Part shown: positions 1-8,622 of the stretch, piece after piece | Numbering within the stretch: position 1 is the first letter of the stretch | How the letters are laid out: every line of letters starts with the position of its first letter | Source: an uncultured delta proteobacterium | GTDB taxonomy: Bacteria > Desulfobacterota > Desulfobaccia > Desulfobaccales > 0-14-0-80-60-11 | DNA length: 64,000 nt | Reading direction: 5' to 3' | Assembly (NCBI GenBank): GCA_963812015.1 | Contig: CAWETI010000003.1 | Coordinates: 2,112,001 to 2,176,000, forward strand | Notes under the pieces: model-generated | What the model was told of the DNA's origin: nothing | The model's input: the letters and a program-made list of their open reading frames with translations, nothing else | The model's database searches: none | Translations under genes and position numbers: made by a program

Positions 1-2
1 GG

Positions 3-80
3 GGGTTGGACCTATGGACGCAGGCGGTCAACCGGTTTCTCAACGGTCTCGGGTTCCCCGGGTCGATGCCGCGACCTTAA
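3..80 (+). CDS. 3' end of a CDS entering the window (…GLDLWTQAVNRFLNGLGFPGSMPRP*)
   Basis: Frame 3 is open from the window edge to TAA 78-80, directly before nth; product unknown. Confidence 0.4.
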   Translation, partial: GLDLWTQAVNRFLNGLGFPGSMPRP

Positions 81-95
81 GTGAGGAGGCTCTTT

Positions 96-743
96 ATGGA
101 CCCAGCCGAGAAGATCGGCCCCATCTTAAAGCTGCTGGATAAGTATTACGGGGACGCTCATGTTACCCTGGACTTCACCAATCCCCTGGAGTTGCTGGTC
201 GCCACGGTGCTGAGCGCCCAGTGTACCGATGTCCGGGTCAACAAGGTCACCCCGGCCATCTTCAAGCAGTACCCCAGCGCGGCCCACTACGCCGACGCCG
301 ACCTTACGGACCTGGAGCAGGCCATCTATACCACCGGCTTCTACCACCAGAAGGCCAAGAGCCTTAAAGCCCTCTGCCAGGCCCTGGTTTTGGAGTTCGG
401 CGGCCAGGTGCCCCCTTCCCTGAATGACCTGGTGAAACTGCCGGGGATCGGCCGCAAGACGGCCAACGTCATCCTGGGCAACGCCTTCGGCATCCCGGGC
501 CTCGTGGTGGACACCCACATGAGCCGGGTATCCCAACGCCTGGGGCTGACCCGCCAGAAAGACCCGGTAAAGATCGAGTTCGACCTGATGCCCCTGGTGC
601 CCCAGGAGCGCTGGGTGAAATTTTCCCACCAGATGATCGCGCATGGCCGGCACGTCTGCTCCGCCAAAAAGCCCGACTGTCTTCACTGCCCCTTGCGGCC
701 CTATTGCGATTACGGGGCCAAGGCCATGAGCCAGGCGGCTTGA
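96..743 (+). CDS. nth: Endonuclease III (HhH-GPD glycosylase/AP lyase)
   Basis: LLVATVLSAQCTD, LPGIGRKTANV HhH, VDTH and C-x6-C-x2-C-x5-C 4Fe-4S motifs; ATG 96 follows GGAGG. Confidence 0.95.
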   Translation: MDPAEKIGPILKLLDKYYGDAHVTLDFTNPLELLVATVLSAQCTDVRVNKVTPAIFKQYPSAAHYADADLTDLEQAIYTTGFYHQKAKSLKALCQALVLEFGGQVPPSLNDLVKLPGIGRKTANVILGNAFGIPGLVVDTHMSRVSQRLGLTRQKDPVKIEFDLMPLVPQERWVKFSHQMIAHGRHVCSAKKPDCLHCPLRPYCDYGAKAMSQAA

Positions 744-803
744 CATGCCGAGAAATTCGTGCCATAAGACGAAAAACAGCGGCTGAGAGGGAGGTCTGAA
801 ACC

Positions 804-1220
804 ATGCAGAGACAATGGCGGCTCAAATTGGCGGCAGTGGTGGTGGCCATGGCGATGGCGGCTGGTTGCGCCGCAACCGTATTCATGGGGCTCGGGGGTC
901 TGACAGCGCTGGGGTCGTATAAATGGGTGGAAGGCACCATGGAAAAAGACTACCCCCGGCCCATGCAGGAAACCTTCAACGCTTGCCTGGAAGCCGCGAG
1001 AAAGCTGAACCTAAACGTTACCGGTCAGCAGTATACCCCGGCGCAATCCAGGATCGATGCGGTGACCCAGGACAACACCGCGGTCAAAGTGGAGTTGGGC
1101 TCCCGGCCCAACGAGATCACCACCGTCAAGATCCGCTTCGGCATGATGGGCAACGCCGACTGGTCCGCCTATTACCACCGCCAGATCATGCGAATTTTGC
1201 GCATCCCGGACCAGCCGTAA
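804..1220 (+). CDS. Lipoprotein, DUF3568-like
   Basis: Signal peptide with lipobox AAGC; C-terminal T-x-V-K-I-R-F-G pattern. Confidence 0.65.
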   Translation: MQRQWRLKLAAVVVAMAMAAGCAATVFMGLGGLTALGSYKWVEGTMEKDYPRPMQETFNACLEAARKLNLNVTGQQYTPAQSRIDAVTQDNTAVKVELGSRPNEITTVKIRFGMMGNADWSAYYHRQIMRILRIPDQP

Positions 1221-1295
1221 GCAAGCGCGCCGGCCATCAGGCGGGGAGTCGGGGGATGGGGTAGGCGGCTTTCCTTGTTCTCTGAAAAAGATTGA

Positions 1296-1326
1296 AGGCC
1301 GGAAGTTTCGACTTCCGGCCTTTTTG
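1296..1326 (+). terminator. Intrinsic terminator
   Basis: aaggccggaagt-ttcg-acttccggcc followed by T6. Confidence 0.85.
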
Positions 1327-1425
1327 GTTCATCTCATCCAGGGAGTTGGGAGGGGAGCCGTAAGGGTGGTGAGCGCATCGCCCCAACACCCCGGTCCTCC
1401 CCCTAAGAATTTATCGTCTCTCCCC

Positions 1426-2544
1426 TCACAGCAGCCGCGCGGTGCGGATGGCCTCGCAGATGGCCGGGGGCAGCTTTTTGCCGGCCAGGTTGCCCCGTCT
1501 GCCGGTGTGGGCCGGGTGCTCGGGGTTGCAGGGGTACTCGCCGCACTCCTCGCACACCAGCATGCTGCCCTTGCCGTACATGGTCCAGATAAGGTCCACG
1601 ATGTTCCGGATGCGCGCCATGTTGCCCCGCACCAGCTCCGGCATGCCCTCTACCGTCTTAAATTCCGCCGCGAACTCCGCGGCGCATTCCAGGAACCGGA
1701 AAATCTTGGCCAGGAGCGACACGGACCAGGAAAAGGCGTCGGCGATTTCTTCCGCAAAGTCCAGGGCCTTCTCCTGCCTCTCCTTCAGGAAGGCTTCGGT
1801 CTCGTCTTCCCGGATCTCCTGCATGAACAGGCTGGCCAGGGATTTGGAAACCTCGCCCACCTCTTCCAGTAGGTGGAAGGCTATTTCCTGAACGGATAAC
1901 ACTTCTATATTATTGGCAAATATCGTATTAAGCATCTCCGCCATGCCTCTCATAGAAGCGGGTTTTTTGCGGGCCCGGGTTCTCCGGGCATATTCGTGGA
2001 CGCACTCCTTGGTAAACTTCTTGAAGTTTTCGTCCCGGTACTCCACCTCCTTGCTGGCCGCCAGACAGGTGCAGTAGGGATTGGCCTTAAAAAATGCGTT
2101 GATTTCCCGCATCTTCTGGGAGATCAGGAGCGACACCGCCGCCGTGGGCTGGCAGTGGGCGTGAATCCAGCGCCCCAAGCACACCGGGCAGACCCCGGGA
2201 TACTTGAACCAGACGATATCCGAGGGGGTGGTGTTGATATAGGGGACGAGTTTCACCGCGTCGGTGGAGTTCTTGGACGGCTCTTGGGTGACCCGCCGGG
2301 CGAAGGTGAGCCACCACACCACTACCTCCCCCAGTTCCCTGGCCACCTTGTGCCAGCGATTTTTCCGCACCTCTTCGCAGACCTCGGTGGCGTGGGACAA
2401 CACGTGAATCCAGACCAGCCAGATGGGGCGGTCTTTGTCCTGGGGCCAGATGCTGCCAATGACCTGGGCGTACTCTTCGATGGACGCCTCATCGGGATTT
2501 AACAGGATATTGGTGGCCAGTGGTTCAGCCCGTAAGATATTCAT
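1426..2544 (-). CDS. Tandem MazG-like (all-alpha NTP pyrophosphatase) protein with Cys clusters
   Basis: Two MazG-like units (HATEVCEEVRK…ELGEVVVW…KYPGVCPVC and LLEEVGEVSK…EEIADAFSW…CEECGEYPC); ATG 2544, alternative TTG 2550. Confidence 0.65.
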   Translation of the reverse strand: MNILRAEPLATNILLNPDEASIEEYAQVIGSIWPQDKDRPIWLVWIHVLSHATEVCEEVRKNRWHKVARELGEVVVWWLTFARRVTQEPSKNSTDAVKLVPYINTTPSDIVWFKYPGVCPVCLGRWIHAHCQPTAAVSLLISQKMREINAFFKANPYCTCLAASKEVEYRDENFKKFTKECVHEYARRTRARKKPASMRGMAEMLNTIFANNIEVLSVQEIAFHLLEEVGEVSKSLASLFMQEIREDETEAFLKERQEKALDFAEEIADAFSWSVSLLAKIFRFLECAAEFAAEFKTVEGMPELVRGNMARIRNIVDLIWTMYGKGSMLVCEECGEYPCNPEHPAHTGRRGNLAGKKLPPAICEAIRTARLL

Positions 2545-2783
2545 TTTCAAAACCTCCTGAAGGAGTTCTCCCCTTCGTTTTTCCCTATTTTAGGAAAACC
2601 TCATTGTGTGCCTGATTATTTGGAAAATCTGCCGGTGGTGGCTAAAGGTCAGTCGATGATGCCGGACTCGGCTCCGCAAGCGTGTTTAATGCAGACTTGT
2701 GGAATATAGCATTTCTGGGCCGTCCGGTCAAGGACTCTCCCGTTAGCATTCGGTAAGAACTTGTGGTGGCCGCGGGGGTGGGC

Positions 2784-3797
2784 TCAGAATTGTTTCAGGA
2801 ACCGCAGGTCGTTATCGAAGAAGAGGCGGATGTCGTCAATTCCGTACTTCAGCATGGCGATGCGTTCGATGCCCAGCCCGAAGGCAAAGCCGGTGTAGAT
2901 TTCCGGATCGTAGCCCACGGCCTCGAACACCGCGGGGTGGACCATACCGGAGCCCAGGACCTCCAGCCAACCCGTGGCCTTGCACACCCGGCAGCCGTGG
3001 CCGCTGCACATGACGCATTCGATGTCCACTTCGGCGCTGGGTTCGGTGAAGGGAAAGTAGCTGGGGCGGAAGCGCACCCCCACCTCCGGGCCAAACATCT
3101 GGTGTACGAAGGCGGTGAGGACCCCCTTAAGGTCGGCAAAGGTCACCGCCTTATCCACCAGCAGGCCCTCCACCTGGTGAAACATGGGGGAGTGGGTGAT
3201 GTCCGAATCCCGGCGATAGACCTTCCCCGGGGCGATAATGCGCACCGGCGGCTGGCGCTGTTCCATGGTGCGGATCTGCATGGGGGAGGTGTGAGTCCGG
3301 AGCAACACCTGGTCATTGAAATAAAAGGTGTCCTGCATGTCCCGGGCCGGGTGGTCCGGAGGCAGGTTGAGGGCTTCGAAGTTGTACCAGTCCAATTCCA
3401 CCTCGGGGCCTTCCACCGCCTCAAAGCCTAAATGCAGGAAGATATCGCAGACCTCCGCCATGATGCGGTTCAACGGATGGAGCCGACCCCGGGGGAGGCG
3501 CCGCCCCGGCAGGGTGACGTCCACGGTGGCGGTGGCGGCCCGGCGGGCGGCCGCCTTCAAGGCGCCCAAGGCCTGATCCAGGGCTGCTTCCAAAGCCTCC
3601 TTGGCCCGGTTGGCTTCCTGGCCGACCTGGCGCCGGACCTCCGGGTCCAGTCCCCCGAGACTGCGCAGAACACCAGTCAGGGCCCCTTTGCGCCCCAGGT
3701 ATTTCACCCGGAGGATCTCCAGATCATCGGGGCTGCCTGCCCCCCGGATCGCCTGGAGCGCCGCGGTTTCAAGATCTTTGACTGCCTCGGAGGTCAT
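2784..3797 (-). CDS. pheS: Phenylalanyl-tRNA synthetase alpha subunit
   Basis: [24 protein letters not shown] and [13 protein letters not shown] motifs. Confidence 0.97.
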   Translation of the reverse strand: MTSEAVKDLETAALQAIRGAGSPDDLEILRVKYLGRKGALTGVLRSLGGLDPEVRRQVGQEANRAKEALEAALDQALGALKAAARRAATATVDVTLPGRRLPRGRLHPLNRIMAEVCDIFLHLGFEAVEGPEVELDWYNFEALNLPPDHPARDMQDTFYFNDQVLLRTHTSPMQIRTMEQRQPPVRIIAPGKVYRRDSDITHSPMFHQVEGLLVDKAVTFADLKGVLTAFVHQMFGPEVGVRFRPSYFPFTEPSAEVDIECVMCSGHGCRVCKATGWLEVLGSGMVHPAVFEAVGYDPEIYTGFAFGLGIERIAMLKYGIDDIRLFFDNDLRFLKQF

Positions 3798-3800
3798 GAT

Positions 3801-3970
3801 CAGTAGCCAGTAGTCAGGAGCCGGATGGTCAGCGATCATAGCCAGTAATCATTGATGGGGACCGCTGGAAAAGACAGGGAGAGTTTAGGAGAACTTTTTT
3901 GCCTTTCCTGTGCAGGGGCACCGCGGAGCAGTTCATCAACTGCTAACTGGCTACTGACTACTGGCTACTG
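3801..3970. repeat. 17-bp perfect inverted repeat built from heptamer units (3801-3817 / 3954-3970)
   Basis: cagtagccagtagtcag is the reverse complement of ctgactactggctactg. Confidence 0.85.
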
Positions 3971-4317
3971 CCACTCCGGGCGATTTCCGCCACCCGGGCG
4001 AAGCCCTGGGGGTCGACGATCGCCATGTCGGCCAGGACCTTGCGGTCCAGGTTGATCTGGGCCTTTTTCAGGCCGCCGATGAATTTGCTGTAGGACATGC
4101 CCAGGGGCCGCAGGGCGGCATTGATACGCACTATCCACAGGGCCCGGAATTCCCGCTTCCGAACCTTGCGGTCCCGGTAAGCGAAGGTCAAGGCCCGCTC
4201 TACGGCTTCTCGGGCGGAGCGATAGAGCCGGCGGCGGCCGCTGCGGAAGCCCTTGGCCATCCCCAGCCATTTATTCCGGCGCCCCCGGGAGGCGACGCTT
4301 TTCTTAACGCGTGGCAT
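3958..4317 (-). CDS. rplT: 50S ribosomal protein L20
   Basis: MPRVK…[23 protein letters not shown]; operon position. Confidence 0.97.
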   Translation of the reverse strand: MPRVKKSVASRGRRNKWLGMAKGFRSGRRRLYRSAREAVERALTFAYRDRKVRKREFRALWIVRINAALRPLGMSYSKFIGGLKKAQINLDRKVLADMAIVDPQGFARVAEIARSGSSQ

Positions 4318-4332
4318 AACGAACTCCTAATT

Positions 4333-4530
4333 TCAGAGATAAGGCAACAGGCGCTGGAGACTCTTGGTCTCGGCCTGGGACAAGTAGGCCGCCTGGCGCA
4401 ATTGCCGCTTGCGCTTGGCGGACTTGCTGGTCAAAATGTGGCTGTGGTAGGGCTGCTTGTGCTTCAGGCGGCCGTTGCCCGTGGCCTTGAAGCGTTTGGC
4501 TGCCCCCCGATGACTCTTCATTTTCGGCAT
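4333..4530 (-). CDS. rpmI: 50S ribosomal protein L35
   Basis: [15 protein letters not shown]…[12 protein letters not shown]. Confidence 0.97.
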   Translation of the reverse strand: MPKMKSHRGAAKRFKATGNGRLKHKQPYHSHILTSKSAKRKRQLRQAAYLSQAETKSLQRLLPYL

Positions 4531-4734
4531 GGTTAACCTCACATGATGCTAACACTGCCGGCCGCCAGGCAGGCGGCCGGGTAGAGTATCAGTTTCCTGA
4601 AGCTGATCTTTGATCAACGTACAAATTTATATTTTATACTCTTTTCACCGGATTTTCACAACATTTCTGCAAAAAAATCCTTTTCCCGCGCACCCGTGCG
4701 CTGGATCAGTAGTTCCCTCGGCAACGGCTCACAA

Positions 4735-5247
4735 CTACTTGGGGGTAACGATCATGGAGAGGTTCCGGCCTTCCAGCTTGGGATTCTGCTCCACGGTCCC
4801 CACATCCGCCAGGGCTTCGGCCATCAGGGTCAGAAGGCGAAAGCCGCGGTCCGTGTGGGCGATTTCCCGGCCCCGGAAAATCACCGAGATCTTGACCTTG
4901 TCGCCCTCAGCTAAAAACCGCCGGGTATTCTTCAACTTGAAGCCCATGTCGTGCTCTTCGATCTTGGGCCGGACCTTGATTTCCTTAACCTGGATCGTGG
5001 TGGCTTTACGCCGGGCTTCCTGCAGTTTCTTGCTCTGCTCGTACTTGAACTTCCCAAAATCCATGATGCGGCATACCGGCGGGGCGGCCTGGGGCGCAAC
5101 CTCCACCAGGTCCAGGTGCGCCTCCGCTGCCAGTGCTAGAGCCTCTTTGATGGGCATAACGCCGACCTGCTGCCCGTCGGCGCTGATAAGCCGCACCTCC
5201 GGCACCCTGATCTGCTCGTTAATCCTTATTCTTTGCTGCTTCTGGAT
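4735..5247 (-). CDS. infC: Translation initiation factor IF-3 (probable ATC start; GTG at 5256 overlaps the SD)
   Basis: RINEQIRVPEVRLI, PPVCRIMDFGKFKYE and FRGRE motifs. Confidence 0.95.
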   Translation of the reverse strand: MQKQQRIRINEQIRVPEVRLISADGQQVGVMPIKEALALAAEAHLDLVEVAPQAAPPVCRIMDFGKFKYEQSKKLQEARRKATTIQVKEIKVRPKIEEHDMGFKLKNTRRFLAEGDKVKISVIFRGREIAHTDRGFRLLTLMAEALADVGTVEQNPKLEGRNLSMIVTPK

Positions 5248-5265
5248 GGCCGTCACCTCCTGGGA

Positions 5266-7185
5266 TTATGAAGATTGAGCGGGGGACGGGGTCCGGGATT
5301 CATCCTTGAGGCGCTGAATAAACGCCTCCAGGGGAACGCCCTTCAACTCCGTGCCATCCCGCAGACGGGGCGCCAGGGTGCGGTCAGCCGCTTCCCGGTC
5401 CCCCATGATAACCATATAGGGAATTTTCTGTCCCTGGGCTTCTCTGATCTTATAGCGCAAGGTTTCCTGCCGGGCATCCACTTCAACCCGCAGGTCCGCA
5501 TCCCACAGCGCCCTGGCCACCTCCTGGGCATAGGCATGCACCCGGTCGGTGATGGGCAGGAGGATGACCTGGACCGGGGCCAGCCAGACCGGGAAGGCCC
5601 CGGCGAAGTGCTCGATGAGGACTCCCATGAAGCGCTCCAGGGAGCCCAGGATCACCCGGTGCAGCATCACCGGGCGGTGGCGTTCTCCGTCCGGGCCCAC
5701 GTAGGTGAGATCGAAGCGCTCCGGCAGGGTGAAATCGCACTGAATGGTGGCGCATTGCCAGCGCCGCTGCAGGGCGTCCTTGAGCTTGATATCGATTTTG
5801 GGGCCGTAGAAGGCGCCTTCCCCGGCGCAGATGTCGTAAGGCAGCCCCCGGGTCTTGAGCGCCCCCATGAGGGCGTTGGTGGCCAGGTCCCACTCGGCAT
5901 CGGTGCCGATGGATTTTTCCGGCCGGGTGGACAGCTCCATTTCGTATTCGAAACCGAAAATCCCCATGACTTCGGCCACGAACTCCAGGACCCCCAGGAT
6001 TTCACTTTCCACCTGCTCCGGCATGCACAAGATATGGGCATCGTCCTGGGTGAACTGGCGCACCCGGGTGAGGCCGTGCAACACCCCGGAGCGCTCGTGA
6101 CGCAACACGGTGCCCAGCTCGAAGTAGCGCAGGGGCAGTTCCCGGTAACTCCGGATCTGGGATTTATAAATCAGCATGTGGGCCAGGCAGTTCATGGGCT
6201 TGATGCCGTACATCTGGCCTTCCACTTCGGTGAAATACATGTTGTCCCGGTAGTTGTCCCAATGGCCGGAGCGTTTCCACAGCTCGGCCTTGAGCATCTG
6301 GGGGCCCATGACCATCTGGTAGCCCCGTTTGAGATGCTCCCGGCGCTCGAAATTCTCGATGAGGCTCCGGAGCAGCGCGCCTTTGGGGTGGTAGATCACC
6401 ATCCCCGGCCCGGCTTCCTCTTCAATGCTGAACAGCCCCAACTCCCGGCCCAAACGGCGGTGGTCCCGGCGTTTGGCTTCCTCCAGGAGTTCCAGGTAGT
6501 GCGTCAGTTCCTCCCCGGTGGCAAAGGCCGTGCCATAGATGCGCTGCAGCATGGGCCGGCGCTCGTCCCCCCGCCAGTAAGCCCCCGAGGTGGCGGTGAG
6601 CTTGAAGGCCTTGATATACCCGGTGGAAGGGATGTGGGGCCCCCGGCAGAGATCGATGAAACTTCCCTGCTGATAGAGGCTCACCTTCTCCTGGGGTATC
6701 TCCTCCAGGAGTTCCACCTTGTAAGCTTCGCCTTCGCTCTGGAAATAGTGGATCGCCTGCTCCCGGCTCATGTCGTCCCGCCGGAAGGGCTGATCCTTGG
6801 CGGTCAACTCGGCCATCTGGGCTTCAATTTTGGCCAGGTCTTCCGGCGTAAAGGGCTCGGGCACGTCAAAGTCATAATAGAAGCCCGCTTCGATGGCCGG
6901 GCCGATGGCCACTTTGACCCCGGGAAACAGGTTTCGGACCGCCTCGGCCATCAGGTGCGCCGCGGAGTGACGCATGATCTCCAGACCCTCGGGGCTATCC
7001 AGGCGGATGGGGACGATGGTGCAATCCTGCGTGAGCGGACGGGACAGGTCCACCATGCCCCCATCGATCCTGGCCGCCACTACCTGGGCCTCGGCGGCTA
7101 CGTCCAGGGCCTGCAAGGCCTGGGCGACCGTAGCCCCTTGTTCCAGGGTAGTGGTGGGACCGTGAGCCAGCGTGACTTCGATCAT
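5266..7185 (-). CDS. thrS: Threonyl-tRNA synthetase
   Basis: TGS domain, [37 protein letters not shown]. Confidence 0.97.
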   Translation of the reverse strand: MIEVTLAHGPTTTLEQGATVAQALQALDVAAEAQVVAARIDGGMVDLSRPLTQDCTIVPIRLDSPEGLEIMRHSAAHLMAEAVRNLFPGVKVAIGPAIEAGFYYDFDVPEPFTPEDLAKIEAQMAELTAKDQPFRRDDMSREQAIHYFQSEGEAYKVELLEEIPQEKVSLYQQGSFIDLCRGPHIPSTGYIKAFKLTATSGAYWRGDERRPMLQRIYGTAFATGEELTHYLELLEEAKRRDHRRLGRELGLFSIEEEAGPGMVIYHPKGALLRSLIENFERREHLKRGYQMVMGPQMLKAELWKRSGHWDNYRDNMYFTEVEGQMYGIKPMNCLAHMLIYKSQIRSYRELPLRYFELGTVLRHERSGVLHGLTRVRQFTQDDAHILCMPEQVESEILGVLEFVAEVMGIFGFEYEMELSTRPEKSIGTDAEWDLATNALMGALKTRGLPYDICAGEGAFYGPKIDIKLKDALQRRWQCATIQCDFTLPERFDLTYVGPDGERHRPVMLHRVILGSLERFMGVLIEHFAGAFPVWLAPVQVILLPITDRVHAYAQEVARALWDADLRVEVDARQETLRYKIREAQGQKIPYMVIMGDREAADRTLAPRLRDGTELKGVPLEAFIQRLKDESRTPSPAQSS

Positions 7186-7662
7186 GTTTCGCCTCAATAA
7201 AAAAGGCATCTCGGGCGTCGCAAGGACCCCTCCCAGATGCCGTCAGATACTCAATTATGTTACATACGTTTGAAATTCAAGGGGTTGCCGTTAAATTCCT
7301 CTAGCTCGACCTCAGGGCCATCTGACAGATGCAAGTTCGCAGATTATTTCTCATAAATACCTGTGTTTGTCAAGAAATTTTCGGGGTGCGCCCAACTTAC
7401 CGGAGGCCGGGGAGCACTTGAGCGACCTCTACGCCGAGGCCAAGGCCGAGCATGAGGCCGGAGCGGCCTCCCCGGAGAAACCAAGTTATCCTGAATAGGC
7501 TGAATCTCACGGTCGGGGCGGTTGGCGGGTTTGCCGGCAGGTGTGAGCCGAAGGCCGGGGACGCTGACCCGGGGAGTTGGGGCGAAAAAAAGGTGAGTCT
7601 CTGGTTTTCCGGGGCGGCTCTCCCGGCGCCGGGCCGGCTGGGGCCGCTGCACCGGCTCCCGG

Positions 7663-7995
7663 TTAAATCAGGGCCATGAGCATCGATTGCAGCGCGGTCT
7701 CCATGACGGCGCGAGCCAGGACGCCAACCAGCCCGTCTCCCTGGCTGGCCGGGACCCGGGCAGATTTCTTGAGAAAGCCGGCGTCTCGCAAAAGACTCAG
7801 GATTCGGTCCTGGGAGATTTGTCTCGCATTATAGAGAATGAGGACATTGCCGGTAATTGGGTTGGCGTTCACGTCATCGATGCCGTGAGAACTGAGCAAG
7901 TACCTGGTGACCTCCGCGGCAATTGCCGGGGAGCCTTTAACAAGGCTGATCTTAATTCTCATCCGGCCATCCAGGGCATGTAAGTAATCAGTCAT
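7663..7995 (-). CDS. HMA2-like (heavy-metal-associated) domain protein
   Basis: HALDGRMRIK…GIDDVNANPITGNVLILYN pattern; GGAGG RBS. Confidence 0.7.
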   Translation of the reverse strand: MTDYLHALDGRMRIKISLVKGSPAIAAEVTRYLLSSHGIDDVNANPITGNVLILYNARQISQDRILSLLRDAGFLKKSARVPASQGDGLVGVLARAVMETALQSMLMALI

Positions 7996-8164
7996 ATTGT
8001 TTTACCTCCCCCCCTTATGTTGTCTTTATTATTGCTCCCCTAAATTAAGATCAAATTATATTATTGTTTAAATTGTGTTAAATCTTTAAGGCCCACAGTA
8101 ACGCCCACCAATGACGAATGGCGGGATCAATCTGGTGACGAGGCAATGGCGTCTGGAAGGGGGG

Positions 8165-8329
8165 TCAGGCTATCAGGTCCTCATAGGAAGCGGCCGCACC
8201 ATATTTGGCCACAAACGCTTCGGCTTCAGCCCGCAGAGCCTGGGGATCAGGCGCCTTGCCGGTGATCTTCACAAAAATTTCGCTCAAATAGCGGCTGATC
8301 CGTTCAACAGCTTCCTGCTCGGCTTGCAT
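8165..8329 (-). CDS. Small hypothetical protein (54 aa)
   Basis: ATG 8329 preceded by GGAGG; helical, protein-like composition. Confidence 0.55.
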   Translation of the reverse strand: MQAEQEAVERISRYLSEIFVKITGKAPDPQALRAEAEAFVAKYGAAASYEDLIA

Positions 8330-8622
8330 GGCGATGCCTCCTGGTTTTCGGGGATAATCAGCCCCCCATCCGTTTATTCGGGACAGAAAGTTCTCTCCCC
8401 TCAAAGCCCTTGTCAGGTATTATCTCCGGTCATTGTTTTGGGATGGCTTAATCGAGGTTAAAAGTAGGTTAAGGGATGGAGGCAGGGTTAATGGGGCGAT
8501 TTAAGGGGAAAATCAAGACTGGCTGGGAAACCGGGAGCCGGGGAGAAGAAGGCCATGAGCCGCACTGGAGTTACGCCGGAGGCGTTCGAGCTTGGGAAGA
8601 GAACGCGTACAGCAATGAGAAG

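Noticed and set aside
3798..3957. pheM-type Phe leader peptide attenuator
   Set aside because: The short upstream ORF has no run of Phe codons
5275..7200. 641-aa plus-strand ORF and similar long antisense ORFs (e.g. 26106..27908, 10219..11307, 63236..63931)
   Set aside because: Antisense shadows of well-supported genes in a high-GC genome
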